Positions 1 through 11,919 are shown, counted from the stretch's first letter. The stretch is 64,000 nucleotides of DNA from Mantamonas sphyraenae STR306 (GCA_026936335.1 JAPMXV010000024.1:68303-132302); one strand, 5' to 3'. Numbers and translations: made by a program. The notes: generated from the sequence alone by a model not told the origin.

Positions 1-1289
1 GGATGTACGTGTGCGGTGGGCGAGGCGGCAGTGGGGGCGTCGGAGAGGCGGGCGCGTGCGTCTGCGGGAAGATCCTGAGAACGGACGAAAAACAAGTCAG
101 GAATGACGGTTCCGAGCGAACCAAAGGGAATGGGCAGCCCCAGCAGGAGGGAGAGGGTGGGCACGAGGTCGACCTGTGGGATGGTGGTTTGGTGGTGTGG
201 GGCATCGGAGACGGCGTGGGAACCGGTGTACTGCACGGTGTCCAGCCTGTCATGCAGATGCTGACGGTAGTGGCGTCGCAAGTCAAAGTTGAACGGTGTT
301 TTGGCGTACAAAAACAGCGCCGCGTTGACTTCCTCATCACTGGCGCCGCCATGGTTGCCGCCTGGGGTCATGCCATGGTCACCCATGACGACGAGGAGGG
401 TGTCGTCGTCGAGGGCATCGACCACATCGGTGATGACACGGTCCATCTGGCGCAGTTTGTCGGCAATGATGGGGTGGTAGGGCCCGTAGCGGTGGCCGAC
501 GTGGTCGACGCCGAGAAAGTGAGCGATGAGCAGGTTCCAGTCGCTGGAGGTGTTGCGCATCTCTGGCAGGAGGTGGTCGATGCAGCCGTTGTCCACAGTG
601 TGCAGGTCCTTGACATTGAACGACGGATACGGGTAGGCAAGGTCGAAATGGGTTGGAAACAGGGCCGTCCAGGTGTCGTCGCCCATGAACACCGTGGTGC
701 GTGCGTTGAGCTTGGCCTGTTGCACCAAACTGTCCTCCGCAATGGTTTCCGAGGCAAAGTTGGCGGAAATGTCGATGAACGTGGGCAACCCTCCCGTGGT
801 GAGTCCCTTGAGACGTTGCATGGTCACGGTGGGGGCATCCGCCGCAAAGCGATACAGCACTGCGTTGTGTGGTTGACGATTGATGAGTCGACGCAGGATG
901 GGAAGTCGGTTGACATACGGTGGCACCTCGTCCGTGGTGGCCGTGGCCAACGAGTCGTCCCAGCGGGCAAAGTCGTACCGCAGCGCGTCGATCACAAGCA
1001 ACACAGCGCGGGAGAACCGTCGTTCAGGCAACCAACACGATTGGGTGTGGGAGGAAGAGGAGGAGGAGGAGGAGGAGGAGGACGGCGGGTCGGCATGGCT
1101 GTCGTTATCCTTTGCCCCTGCTTGTGTTGCAGTTCCTGTGGTGGTGTTGTACGAACCGGGGATGCGCACCGGCGGATCGTCGCAGCGAGACAACTCGGTC
1201 AGCTCGTAGCGGGTGAGCAGGAAGCCATGGAGGTAGAGATAGACGCCCGATGCAAACAGGAGGGCAATCCACAGGAGGGTGGTGCGCAT
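1..1289 (-). CDS. PIGO: GPI ethanolamine phosphate transferase 3 (PIG-O/Gpi13), N-terminal part; runs off the window edge
   Basis: Manual minus-strand translation from ATG 1289: MRTTLLW...HGFLLTR...VIDALRYDF...ADAPTVTMQRLKGLTTGGLPTFIDIS...FMGDDTW...HFLGVDHVGHRYGP...GDHGMT..GNHGG, all characteristic PIG-O motifs. Not in the ORF track; the 3..1457 + ORF is its antisense shadow. Confidence 0.93.
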   Translation of the reverse strand, partial: MRTTLLWIALLFASGVYLYLHGFLLTRYELTELSRCDDPPVRIPGSYNTTTGTATQAGAKDNDSHADPPSSSSSSSSSSSHTQSCWLPERRFSRAVLLVIDALRYDFARWDDSLATATTDEVPPYVNRLPILRRLINRQPHNAVLYRFAADAPTVTMQRLKGLTTGGLPTFIDISANFASETIAEDSLVQQAKLNARTTVFMGDDTWTALFPTHFDLAYPYPSFNVKDLHTVDNGCIDHLLPEMRNTSSDWNLLIAHFLGVDHVGHRYGPYHPIIADKLRQMDRVITDVVDALDDDTLLVVMGDHGMTPGGNHGGASDEEVNAALFLYAKTPFNFDLRRHYRQHLHDRLDTVQYTGSHAVSDAPHHQTTIPQVDLVPTLSLLLGLPIPFGSLGTVIPDLFFVRSQDLPADARARLSDAPTAASPTAHVH

Positions 1290-1405
1290 GGTTGTGTTTG
1301 GGCAATGGAACCTGCTGGGGTGTTGTCTTGTGTCTCGCCGCGCGAATGGAGCCAACACACACCTTGTGAAACCCCCAAACTTACCCCCTTTTCACACTAC
1401 AAAAA

Positions 1406-1883
1406 ATGGCAATGGTTGGCGCTGTGGGCGATGCCCAGGACATTGACGAGACGGTGACTGCTCTGTGTGAGACGCACCGCGCAGACATTGGCGAGTACGA
1501 GACGTTTGAGCCCGTGTCGTATGCCTCGCAGGTAGGTGTGGATGGGTGTGCAATGCCATAGGTGGCATGCGGGGATGTGCGACGGTGTGACACATGTTCT
1601 GTGCGACTCGTGTGCATGTGAGGGCGTGGAGAGCGGCAAGAGGGTTTTGCTGGGAAACGTCAAGAGGCCACGTTTTTTGGGCCGGAGGTGCTGACACGCG
1701 TGACACGCACACACAAACACATGGGCATGCAAACAGGTCGTGGCAGGAATCAACTACTTTGTCAAGATCAACGTGGGCGACGAGCACGTGCACGTGCGCA
1801 TCTACAAGCCCCTGAGCGGCGATTCCGAGTTTGTGTCGAAGGAGACGGGTCACACCGCCGACGATGAGATCACTCATTTTTGA
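1406..1883 (+). CDS. Type 1 cystatin (stefin), 90 aa; exons 1406-1531 and 1737-1883
   Basis: Spliced product MAMVGAVG...YASQ|VVAGINYFVKINVGDEHVHVRIYKPL...ITHF*. Has the N-terminal Gly and the QVVAG motif. Phase-0 intron GTAGGT...GCTGAC...AAACAG. Confidence 0.92.
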
Positions 1884-1910
1884 AGGGGAAGAATGTGAAA
1901 ACCCTTTTCA

Positions 1911-2218
1911 TCAATAGAACACTCGGATCTCCACCACTTCACCCGACATGCCATGTTCCATGGCCTCCTGCAGTTCCAGCTGGTTGGTCATGTTGCACCA
2001 GTCGCCGTCTTCGTCCGGGTACTTCATGGAAAAGTCGTCGTGGTCCAGCTGCAATGCCGTCTGCACTGCCAGCCGGAACGTGTCCATGTGTGTGTTGACA
2101 GGCACCTGCACCCGTTTGGTGGATCCGTTGTAATTCAACACCAGCTTGTACGTCACCACAGGTCCCACACTTGTATCCGGCTGCTCCTGCTGCTCTTTCT
2201 GTTGTTGTTGTTGATCCT

Positions 2219-2266
<48 letters not shown>

Positions 2267-2795
2267 CCTGTGCTTTCGTGTTGGGTCTTCGTCGGAAGCC
2301 GTCGTCTGCCGTCTTGCCGTGCAGCAGAAGGCTCTCGCTAGCAAGATCGTCCTCCATCAGACTCCATTCGCCAAACTTTGCCCTGCTTGGCCGTGCGCTG
2401 TTGTTGTTGTTGTTGTTGTTTGTACCCGTGTGTGCATGCCCGTCTTTCTGTGTGGTTGTTGTCGTTGTCTCGTGCCCTTGTTCCCCCGGCTGTGTTTGTT
2501 GTTGCGGCACTGTAAACGTCACAACGGCGCTCCCATGCTCGCCGTTTGCGTCCAATGTGTCCCTGTAGTCAATCTTTTCCCAATCGTCGTCCTCTCCATC
2601 GTTGTGTGGCCCTCCCTTGTTTGCCCTGGCTCCCGTGGACGACGGCGTTCCGTCCTCACCGTCCGAATCGACCTCGGAAATGGCAATGGTCCCACCGCCG
2701 TTCTCGTTGCCGTTTGCGCTGTTGTTGGACGTCCCATCCGTCCCGTCTTGTCCCTCGGGCGTCGTTCCAGCCAGCCAGTTCCACACACTGCTCAT
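1911..2795 (-). CDS. Disordered protein with LIR-like motif and C-terminal PB1 domain (294 aa)
   Basis: ATG 2795 (MSSVWNW). C-terminus YKLVLNYNGSTKRV...MKYPDEDGDWCNMTNQLEL has the PB1 OPCA motif. EDDDWEKI at 2571-2594 fits the acidic WxxI LIR/AIM consensus. Confidence 0.82.
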
Positions 2796-2971
2796 GGCTG
2801 TGGATGTGTCCTCCGTCTGCTTTGCGGCACCCAGCGCAAGTGAAGTCGCGTGCCCCCCAACACAGAGACGCACACAAACACAGACTCCACACAGCCAACC
2901 CAGCCGCACGTACACATACACACACACACACAGTCAACCCATCCATTCATTTTAAGAAAACAACCACAACC

Positions 2972-5900
2972 ATGGAACACGACTGGGAAATCCTCGAGCT
3001 GGACGGCGGCACGGACGCACTGAGTGAAGACGACGGCGACGTGCCCATTGTCACCTTTCATGGCGACTGGGAGAGTGTGGCACAATCTGTGTCGGAAGAG
3101 GTGGGTGTCATGTGGGGGTGGCAGAGGAGGGGAAAGGCGGGCGGGGACGGTGAAGAAGAATCGAGGCCCCAAACCCAAGAACAACCAAAAAGCTCACACC
3201 AGACGCACTGACGCTTGCGTACACACTGGGACTGGACTCGCACAGATCACTGTGGACCGGCTGACGGTGGAGCAGCATGGCGACGAGACGTACATCTCGC
3301 TGGGGGCGTCGAGTCTGCTGCAGAGCGTCTCGGGAATTCAAGCGGAAACGCAAACGTTGCCGCCGGCGACCAGTTCGGCGTCCACATCGACGGACGAGAC
3401 GCAGACGGCCGAGGCAGGCGTCGGGGCAGTGCAGGAAACCACCGAGATGGGTGTGGGTGGCTCTGCAAGTGATGCCGATGAGAATGAGGACGAGGAGACG
3501 GCGGAAAACGGCCAGGAGGTGAGCGATGAGTTGCTTCGCTTCAAATTCGACTACCAGGGCGACAAGCGACGCATTGCGGTGAGTTTGCAGGAGCTTGTGT
3601 TTGGCGAGGTGTGTGCACGCGTGGCTGCGTTGTATCGGCTGAACAACGTGCAGGCGTCTCGCATGCACTTTGAGTATGCGGACGAGGACGGGGATGTGTG
3701 CAAGATCACCTCGGATGCCGAGCTGGTGGAGAGTGTGCGTCACCAACGCGAACTGGGCCAATCTCCACTGCGCTTCTCCGTGTGTGTGGGCACAGGCAGC
3801 ATCACGGTGTGCATTGGCAGCAGCGCAGGGACGCAAACCACAGGGGTGGAGGTGGAGGTGGTGGAACAAGTGGCCATGGAGGACAGTGCCACCAACACAG
3901 AGGCAGAAGAGGTGGCAACAGCAGCAGCAGGCGACGATGCAAGCACACAGACGGAAGAGGAGGAGGGCAAGCAGACAGAGGAGACAGGGGTGGGCACTGG
4001 GTTGGCCCTGTGTGTGGAGTTGGACCAGGGGGCACAGACAGACGACACAAACGGCAACGAGGAGAGTGAGGCCCAACGAAAGGCAGCAGCAACCAAATTG
4101 GCTCGCAATGGGACGGTGGTGCGCCACGGAAGCAACGTGGTGATGGCAAAAACCAACAAGTCGGTGGTCATCCGTTGTGGCTCCACCGTTGTCATCACCG
4201 GTGGCTGCCAGGTCAGGGTGTCGTCGCCAAAGACGAGCAATGGCAGTGCAGCAGCAGCAGCAGCAGCAGCAGTGGTGGCACAAAGGCAAAGGCAGGGGTG
4301 CAAATCAAGCGCACTCACCAGGGTCAAAGCGTGGTCATTCCCAAGCGACTCTGATGGGCTTGCTTTGTGTTGTGAGAGCATGAGCATGGCGTGGATGATC
4401 CAACCCACCCATGGCTTCCCACTTTGGAAAATGAAAGGAAGATGTTTGTGTGAGCACGCCCTTGGCATCCAACCCAGCCCCAAGAGAATGAGTGCGAAGG
4501 AAGCCGGCGAGTCGAAGCAGCCGCCACAATGGCATGAGGAAGACGACCGCACGTGGGCCAAGGAGACGCTGGGGCTGAGTGACGAAGCGTTGGAGGACCG
4601 GGAGGCTGTGTTTGCGGCGGTGTTGGAGCAGCTGTGGTCGCATCGCAAAGAGTCGAGCGACAGCCGGAAAGAGGACGACAGCAAGGAGGCAGACGGCGAC
4701 AAAGAGGCAGACACGGGCAGCAAGACACGCAAAGACGACCCAAAGGGCACGAAAAAGGGCAAAAGCGCACAAGGCAAGGCAAAGGGCGGGGCCAAGGGCG
4801 AGAGGGACGCTTCAAGTCAGGAGGAAAAGGAGCCCGCGAGCAACAGCGGCGAGGACGGAGACGCAGATGATGAGGGCAAGGATGGGAAGGAGGGGGAGGG
4901 TGGGCAGGGGAAGGAGGAGGAGGAGGAGGAGGAGGAGACAAAGAGCAGTTCGAATCGAGGTGGAGGAGGGAGGAAGAAGCGTGGGTGGCGCACGAAGAAG
5001 CTGGAAGCGGAGCTTGCAGCTCAGCCGCCGCTTCCGACAGCATTGCTACCGACGCGGGACGTGCATGCGATGGTGGAAGGGATGGCAGAGGTGGAATTGG
5101 GCAAGGGGGAGAACCGGGTGCAATTGCACGAGCATCAGGTGCAAGGGTTGCACTTTCTGTGCCGTGCGCTGTTTGCTCGAAGTCGCAGCTGTGCGGCGGC
5201 AGCGATGCTTCACCACGAAATGGGTTTGGGCAAGACGCTGACGGCACTGATGATGGTACTGCGTGTGTTGCCAGCGGTGACGGGCGACCGGCGTCCAGTG
5301 CTGTGGATTACACGCGGTCAATTGGTGGACCAGCTTGCCAAGGAGGTGCGCAAGTTCTTTGGCACCTCCGTGGCACCCGTGCTCAGCGTCACCTCGGCCA
5401 ACCTCAACTCATTGAGGCGACACCATGTGCAGGAGGCCTCCATTGTGGTGGTGGCCAACACGGCCATGCTGGTGGCGTACAAACGCGTGTTTGGTGACAA
5501 GCCCAAGAGCAAGGATGGCTGGCGATTCCCAAGCAATTGTCAGGATTTGGACAGGAGCACAGCCAACAGCAAACGCGGGTCGGCATTGATTCTGAACCCG
5601 GGCAGGCTGTACTCGGCCATTGTCATGGATGAGGTGGGCGAGTATGCACGCAACGCAAACAGCCAGATCACGCAGGCGCTGTCGTACGTGTCGACCACCC
5701 CGGGTCACTGGGGTTGCTTTGGCCTGTCGGGAACACCCATTCACAACGGAAACGCCGACGTGGTGGTCGAACAGAAGGCCATGGGCTACTTTGAACGCAA
5801 CGACCCTCTCTTCTACACCGAGTGGATGACCTCCAAGGAGAGCGAAGAATACTCGTTTGGCACGTTTATGCACACGTGCTTTGTCCACGACGTGGCTGTG

Positions 5901-7889
5901 TTTGTGGACAAAAACGATGCCAACAGCAAAGCCATGGTGGTGGAGACAAACATGGATGGCCTGGCTGCCACACGCAAGGCAGAAGGCGAGGCTGGCAATG
6001 GCGACGACGATGAGGATGACGATGACGAGGAGGAGGAGGAGGAGGAGGAAGAAGAGGACGATATGGAGCTTTTGGCGGCGGCAATGCAGGACAAGAAGGA
6101 TCGGCTTGCCGCCAAGCGCAGGATGCACGGTGCGCGGGATGGGAACGACAGCGACTCGTCGGGGTACATGTCATCGGACAGCGACGACAACCAGCATGTG
6201 GATCGGAAACGAAAGAGGGAAAGCAGTGAGGAGGAGGAGGAGGACAGCAGCAGCGAGGAGGAGGTGGAAATTGAGATGGAGCTGACGATGCCAGAAGGGA
6301 TAGAGAACCTGAGCGCAGAGGAGCAACAGGCCGTGATGCACGCGCAAGTGGCACAACAATTGCAAGCGATGAACAACATGGGCAGTGGGCAGGATGGGAA
6401 GGAGGGCAGTGACAGCGACAGCGACAGTGATGGCAGTTCGGACAGCGATAGTTGGTTTGATTCGGACGACAGTTCGTTGGAGGGGTCGGACGATGAAGGA
6501 GCAGGAGCAGGGGCAGGGAAAGAGGCAACAAGCAGCAGCAGCAGCAGCAGCAGTAGTGGTGGTCGTGGTGTGGAGGATGGGATGGTCACGGAAAAGGCTG
6601 AGCAACAGGAGGGGCAGGAGGAAGGGAAGGTGGAGAAGAAGGAGGAGCAGGACGAGGAGCAGGAAGGCAGTAGCAAGCAGCCAGCAGCCAAGAGGCAGAA
6701 GCGAATGCTGCGTATGGCGCATGTGCAGTTCAAGGCTGTGGTGCACTCGTGTTCAGACGCAGAAATGGAGGCGTTGAAGGTGCTGTTGAAGGAGACAGAC
6801 ACTCTGTTCAGCAAGGTGGAGGAACGCAAGGAGGAACGTGCGGCACGCGAGGCAGAGGAGAAAAAGGCAAAGGCAGCAGCAAGGAAAGCCGGCAAGGGGG
6901 CAAGCAAGGGGGCCAAAGGGGCCAAGGGCAAGGGCAAGGGCAAGGCGTTGCAAGGACCGAGTGTGGATGTGAACAGTCTGGATGTGGAAGACCTGGACGA
7001 GGACGTAGATGCGTCGTTGGGTGCGGCGGGAGGGGATGTGAGCGCCATTGAAGCGGCAGACGGGGTGGACGAGGAGGAGAAGTTGCTTGCCATTCGAGGG
7101 ATGGCATTGCGGATGGCAATGCGAGCTCAACAGACGTCGTCATGCATCCTGCAATTGCAAGGGAACACGGACCTGCCCGAAGGATTGCGCGAGGGACTGA
7201 GCTGGGCGGACTGTTCAAAGATGCGCATTGCCAAGGGTCTAATCGCCAAGTGGGCGAGTGGAGAGGAGGAGAAAGTGGTGATTGGCACACGGTTCACCAA
7301 GGAGATTCCTCTGATTGCGGAGGAGTTGGAACGGTGGATGCAGGGGCGAGGGTGGAGCAGCACGGGTGTGGTGCAGTACCACGGAAGCATGTCAGAGAAG
7401 GAGAGGCAGGCGTCGTTGGATGCGTTCAAAGGCTCGCGTGCTGTCAAGGTGATGGTGTTGAACATGAAGTCGGGAGGCATCGGGTTGAATCTCACCGAAG
7501 CACACACGATGATCATCTGGTCGCCGTTTCACACGAGTGCACTCACGAAACAGACGATGAAGCGAGTGCACAGGATCAACAGCACACACAACGTGCGCAT
7601 TTGGTTCCTGATCAACCGGTACGTGGAGTGGTACATGGAAATCTGGTCGCGGTTGAAGGTGAAGGACGCCCTTTGGCAGCAGCTGGAAGACGATCCGCGA
7701 CTGGAGGAGGTGGTGGACATGCTCAACGATCGCAAGTACGGCGTGGCACGGGAGTGTACGTTGACACGGCTGGCAAAGTCTCGTCTGCTGTTGGAGATGG
7801 AGCAGAAGGAGTTGTACGGGAAGGAGCCACCCAGAGCCATTGAACACGTCATCATGGACACGGCACAGGGTGGCAAGTTGGCAGAGTGA
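2972..7889 (+). CDS. LIR-like motifs + PB1 domain, continuous in frame with a SNF2-family helicase/ATPase; exons 2972-3100 and 3246-7889 (could be two genes)
   Basis: Exon 1 MEHDWEIL...GDWESV joins by a phase-0 GTGGGT...CACTGAC...CACAG intron to ORF 3024..7889. PB1: RFKFDYQGDKRR...YADEDGD. SNF2 motifs: LHEHQVQG, EMGLGKT, MDEVG, LSGTPIHN, GGIGLNLTEA, QTMKRVHRI. Confidence 0.75.
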
Positions 7890-8001
7890 GGCGCATGGAC
7901 TGTGGTTAATGTAATTTTTTGGAGTTTGAATCGAGTGCGCCAGTGGGGGCAGGTGGGTGGAGAGAGGGAGAGAGCAAGAGAGAGAGAGAGCGAGAGAGAA
8001 G

Positions 8002-8562
8002 ATGCGACACACACAAGACGACGACCACGAGGCGTACAGAGACCAGTGCATGCTGTTGCCACTGGTGGACACACAAGGACGTCAAACACCGGGGTCCAAG
8101 CTGGTTTGGTGGACCTCAAGTGTGTGTGCACCGGCTATGACCCTTGTGAGCGGCGTGGGTTTGGCGCTGCTTGGCAGTGACACACAAACGACGCCGCAGG
8201 AGGCTTGTACAGCGCAATTGGTGAGCATGGCCGTGCTCCTGGCAATAAGTGTGCTTGTTCTGCTGTTCCATCTGGCGCTGGTTTATGTGCGCATGCAGGT
8301 GCCCTCGCAGAGGGAGGTTGATGCAGGGATCTACGCCGCCGACTGGGTGCCTTCCGCCCTGCGCTTTCTGCTGGCCATGCGACGGTTTTGTGTGCTGCTT
8401 CCTGTGGCTTGTGTCACATTGTTGCTGGTCCACACTCTGGTGTGGTCACCCGTCTGTGTCTTGTCTGCGTGGAACACCACCACGGCAGTGGTGAGTGCGC
8501 TGGGGTCAGCCGCCGCAGCTGCGCTTGCCGTGGCCGGCGTTGTGTGGACGCTGTGTGGATGA
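8002..8562 (+). CDS. Hypothetical small membrane protein (~4 hydrophobic segments, 186 aa)
   Basis: ATG after a (GA)n tract; four long hydrophobic stretches; no family recognised. Confidence 0.5.
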   Translation: MRHTQDDDHEAYRDQCMLLPLVDTQGRQTPGSKLVWWTSSVCAPAMTLVSGVGLALLGSDTQTTPQEACTAQLVSMAVLLAISVLVLLFHLALVYVRMQVPSQREVDAGIYAADWVPSALRFLLAMRRFCVLLPVACVTLLLVHTLVWSPVCVLSAWNTTTAVVSALGSAAAAALAVAGVVWTLCG

Positions 8563-8618
8563 ATGCACAGAGAGAGATAGAGGAAGAGAGAATGGGGAAT
8601 GGATGAAAGAGAGTCGTT

Positions 8619-11600
8619 TTATCCTCGTTGAGACACCTGATCCAGAGTGGCAACCTGTTTGCTGAGTGAGGTTGCCAAACGTGCTCCGTTCGCACCCAAT
8701 CGACTGTGGTCATCGATGTACGAGTCCAACAGTTCGTTCTCCCTCTGTTCCTTCTCCTTGGCTTCCTTTCGTGCACGCGCCGCCTCTGCACGTCGCTGCG
8801 CCGCCTCCTTGGCCCTTCGCGTGCTTGTCACGCGTGCACTGTACGGTCGTTTCTTCTCCGACCCACTTCCGTGTGACGACGATGCACCTGTGGAATGCGA
8901 CATGGAATCCCTGCCATCTCTCGTCACGCGTGGCTGTGCTGTTTCCGGCCGTCGCCGTTGCCCCACAGAGTTTCCTGTTGCTCCTGCTTCACCCCCCTTG
9001 CCTCGGTTGCCTTGGATCCCTCCTCTGCTGCTGGCTGCCGTCTGTGGTCGTCTCTTGTTGCTGTTGTTGTTGTTGTTGCGCTTTGAGGCACTGCTCTCTG
9101 CCCCATCCGTGCTCACCATGCGCCCCCGACCATACATCATGGCCGTAAAGTCTTCACGCACACCCACACTCGACTGGCCGTCCATCATCATCAGCACACT
9201 GTCCGACATGTCCGATCCCACCGCTGACACAGACCCTCCATCTCGTCCACCGCCACCTGGTGCACTCCCCATCCCACCCACCCCACCGCCGCCACCACCG
9301 TGTTGTCCACCGTGTTGTCCACCACGTCCACCACGCCCACCACCACCGCGGCTGCCAAAGTTGGTCAGTTCGCCCGGTGCAAACATGTGTCTGTCGCCAG
9401 AGGAGCTGGCCGAGGCAGCGTCGTCGTCGTCGTAGCCGTGATCCAGGAAATCGTCATCCCCGTGGGTGTCATCTGCCCACCGACCACCACCACCACCACC
9501 ACCACCAGCAGCAGCTGTGTTGTGTGTGCTGCGTGCGTATGCACTCTGTGGGCGGTACTTGTTGGTGTGTGAAATCTCCCATTTGGTTTCCAGCTGGCGA
9601 TTGCGACGCGATTCCTTCTGCAGGGCCTTTTCGCTCTCGCGGATGCGTTGCAGCTGCTGGTGCATCACACGTCCCTGCTCCTCAATCTTTCGCGTTTGCT
9701 CCTTGACCAGTGCGGCAATCTCCTTGAAGATTTCGTAGGGCTTGCTCTTGAGGGACTCCTCGTGGTTGAGATAGCGAATCCACAGTGCGTTTGCAAGGCC
9801 GTGCATCTCTCGCAACTTGGCCCCACTTGCACTCGGGTGGTGGATGGTAAACATGTTGTCCAACCCAGCCACAATGTGCAGGGGATCGGTGGAATCCACC
9901 ACCTTGGCATCGTCGTGCTCGTCCACCCGCTCGCTCTTCAACGCATGCTGCTTCCACTTCTCCCACAGGTCCACAATGGCAAAGTTCAACGTCAAATACT
10001 TGTCCTTGATGCGATGCGCCAGGCTCAGTTCGTTGTTGGTGGCCCGCAACTCTTCCGTGAGCTCCTGGATTTGCCGTTCCAACTTCTGCATGGCTCCCTC
10101 GTACTCCACCGCCAGCGACTGCCTCAAATTCTCCTTTTCCTGCTTCAGGGCCTGCATCTTGCGTTCCATGGCCGTGCTCTGTTCCTGGGCCTCGAGCAGC
10201 TGGGTGTACGAGTCCATTTGGGTGCGCTCCAGGTTTTCCAGGCGTTCGATGACCTCTGCGGGTGACTGGAAGTGGAAACTCTGGGAGAGCTGGTTGAACA
10301 CGGGATCCAGCCTGGAAAACACCTTCAGTTTGCGCTCCTGTTCCATCTGTCGTTCGCTCATCTTGTGCAACTTTTTCCGTTGCAACTCCACGATGCGTTT
10401 CAACGAATCGTGCTCGCTCTCCACCTCGCCAAACTTGTCCCTGACCCGCTCGTAGTTCCACATGTACTGGTCCCTCTCTCTCGACAGCGTGGCCAGCTTG
10501 CTTTCGTACTCCCTTCGCACCGCCTCAATGTCCTCCCTGGCAATCTGTCTCACCTCCTCCAGCGTCTGCTGCTCCGCCTCGTCGCGGATGTTCCTGCGTC
10601 CCGCCTGCTTCACCAAATCCACGTACTGCGACACCGTCTTTTCCGACGCCGCGTGTGGGTTGTTGCGCAACACGTCCGACACCACGTCGTTCAACGTCTT
10701 GGGTCGGTTGTGTCCGCGGAAGTGTTCGTTGTTCGTCCCCGACGCCGCACGCAACAACTTTTCATCCGTCACCACATTGCTGTTGGCCACTGTCACAATG
10801 TCGTCGTCATACTCTTCCAACTGGTCATGTTCTGCTGCCTTGGTGGCTGCCCGTTGCAGCTTGGAACGCAACCCACCGCCACCTTCACCCCCCTCCTCAT
10901 CATCAACATCACCCGCCCCCTGTTTGGCCCCACGTGCAGTTTCACTCGTGGGTCGCAATCGCTCCTTGGCCTGCGTCAGTCGCTTGTGTGCTTGGCTGTT
11001 GCGTGCCTCCAGCTTGCGAAGGTACGCCAACGTCTGCGATCGGCTCTCAAACGCAGAAATGGGTCGCGGACGCGATGCATCCTTGGGAAATGGGTTGTCA
11101 AAGGGTTCGTCGTCCAGTCCGTCGTTGTCCACGTCCCAGTGGTGGCCCGGATTGCGCTTTGCGGCGGAGCGGCTGACCGCGGATTTCGAGCGAAGTGAGG
11201 TGTGGAAACGGGCCTTGCGACTGGCACTCTGGGGCCTTCTCACATCCAAAGTGGAGGCACGAGAGGTTCCAGCAGAGGCAATACGAGTCATGTTGCGTGT
11301 GTGTGAGCCTCCCGAGGGTGGACGTCTGCTTGAGGCGGCGGTTTGTGGGCGAGCGCGCGTTCCCGCCGAACGGGTTCCCGTTGCCGTTCCTGACTCGTGT
11401 GTTGCGGCGGGTGCGGCATAGGCCACGCGAACGTCGCGAGCCCCATACGAGTTGTCGTCGTCGCCACTTGTTCTGCGTGATGAAAACGGAGATTTGGAGG
11501 GTGGGGAGGAGGTGGAGTGGCGACCGTTGGCGCCACCGCTGTGCGATGACTCGTCGTCGCCCACGGCAAGGTCGGCCTGGTCAAAGCCAAAGTCATACGA

Positions 11601-11846
11601 GGAGGAATTGGCCAGGGGAGTGTCTGGGACGAGGACAGCCAGATTGGAGGCACTTGCAGATGGGGAAAGGGTGCCCGTGCTACCGATGCTGCTGCTGCTG
11701 GTGAGCGTGCTTGCCCACGCCACTGTGTTGCCACCCCGTGGTGAGGCTGGTGTGCTACTGCCTCGTGACGACCCTCCACTGTCGTCTCTGCTCAGATCCA
11801 CACTGCGTAGGGAGCCTGTGGAGCCACTCGAGCTGGAGGAGTGCAT
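8619..11846 (-). CDS. Coiled-coil protein with long disordered Ser/Gly-rich termini, possibly ciliary; start uncertain (11846, 11921 or 11948)
   Basis: Long ORF with a central E/K/Q/R/L heptad-rich region (EEVRQIAREDIEAVRREYESKL...) and repeated RPQTA/RPQSA/RPETA motifs. Confidence 0.72.
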   Translation of the reverse strand: MHSSSSSGSTGSLRSVDLSRDDSGGSSRGSSTPASPRGGNTVAWASTLTSSSSIGSTGTLSPSASASNLAVLVPDTPLANSSSYDFGFDQADLAVGDDESSHSGGANGRHSTSSPPSKSPFSSRRTSGDDDNSYGARDVRVAYAAPAATHESGTATGTRSAGTRARPQTAASSRRPPSGGSHTRNMTRIASAGTSRASTLDVRRPQSASRKARFHTSLRSKSAVSRSAAKRNPGHHWDVDNDGLDDEPFDNPFPKDASRPRPISAFESRSQTLAYLRKLEARNSQAHKRLTQAKERLRPTSETARGAKQGAGDVDDEEGGEGGGGLRSKLQRAATKAAEHDQLEEYDDDIVTVANSNVVTDEKLLRAASGTNNEHFRGHNRPKTLNDVVSDVLRNNPHAASEKTVSQYVDLVKQAGRRNIRDEAEQQTLEEVRQIAREDIEAVRREYESKLATLSRERDQYMWNYERVRDKFGEVESEHDSLKRIVELQRKKLHKMSERQMEQERKLKVFSRLDPVFNQLSQSFHFQSPAEVIERLENLERTQMDSYTQLLEAQEQSTAMERKMQALKQEKENLRQSLAVEYEGAMQKLERQIQELTEELRATNNELSLAHRIKDKYLTLNFAIVDLWEKWKQHALKSERVDEHDDAKVVDSTDPLHIVAGLDNMFTIHHPSASGAKLREMHGLANALWIRYLNHEESLKSKPYEIFKEIAALVKEQTRKIEEQGRVMHQQLQRIRESEKALQKESRRNRQLETKWEISHTNKYRPQSAYARSTHNTAAAGGGGGGGGRWADDTHGDDDFLDHGYDDDDAASASSSGDRHMFAPGELTNFGSRGGGGRGGRGGQHGGQHGGGGGGVGGMGSAPGGGGRDGGSVSAVGSDMSDSVLMMMDGQSSVGVREDFTAMMYGRGRMVSTDGAESSASKRNNNNNSNKRRPQTAASSRGGIQGNRGKGGEAGATGNSVGQRRRPETAQPRVTRDGRDSMSHSTGASSSHGSGSEKKRPYSARVTSTRRAKEAAQRRAEAARARKEAKEKEQRENELLDSYIDDHSRLGANGARLATSLSKQVATLDQVSQRG

Positions 11847-11919
11847 TGCGGGTGGGCGTTTGGGCGTTTGGTTCGGCTGGCGCTGGCGGACACAAGGAGA
11901 GGACCTCTCACAGTGTGCC

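Noticed and set aside
3-1457. 484-aa plus-strand ORF
   Set aside because: Antisense shadow of PIG-O.
2197-2266. Microsatellites ((GTTGCT)n, (CAG)n, (GAG)n, (GAT)n, (CA)n, (GA)n) across the window
   Set aside because: Ordinary low-complexity coding or UTR tracts typical of this genome.
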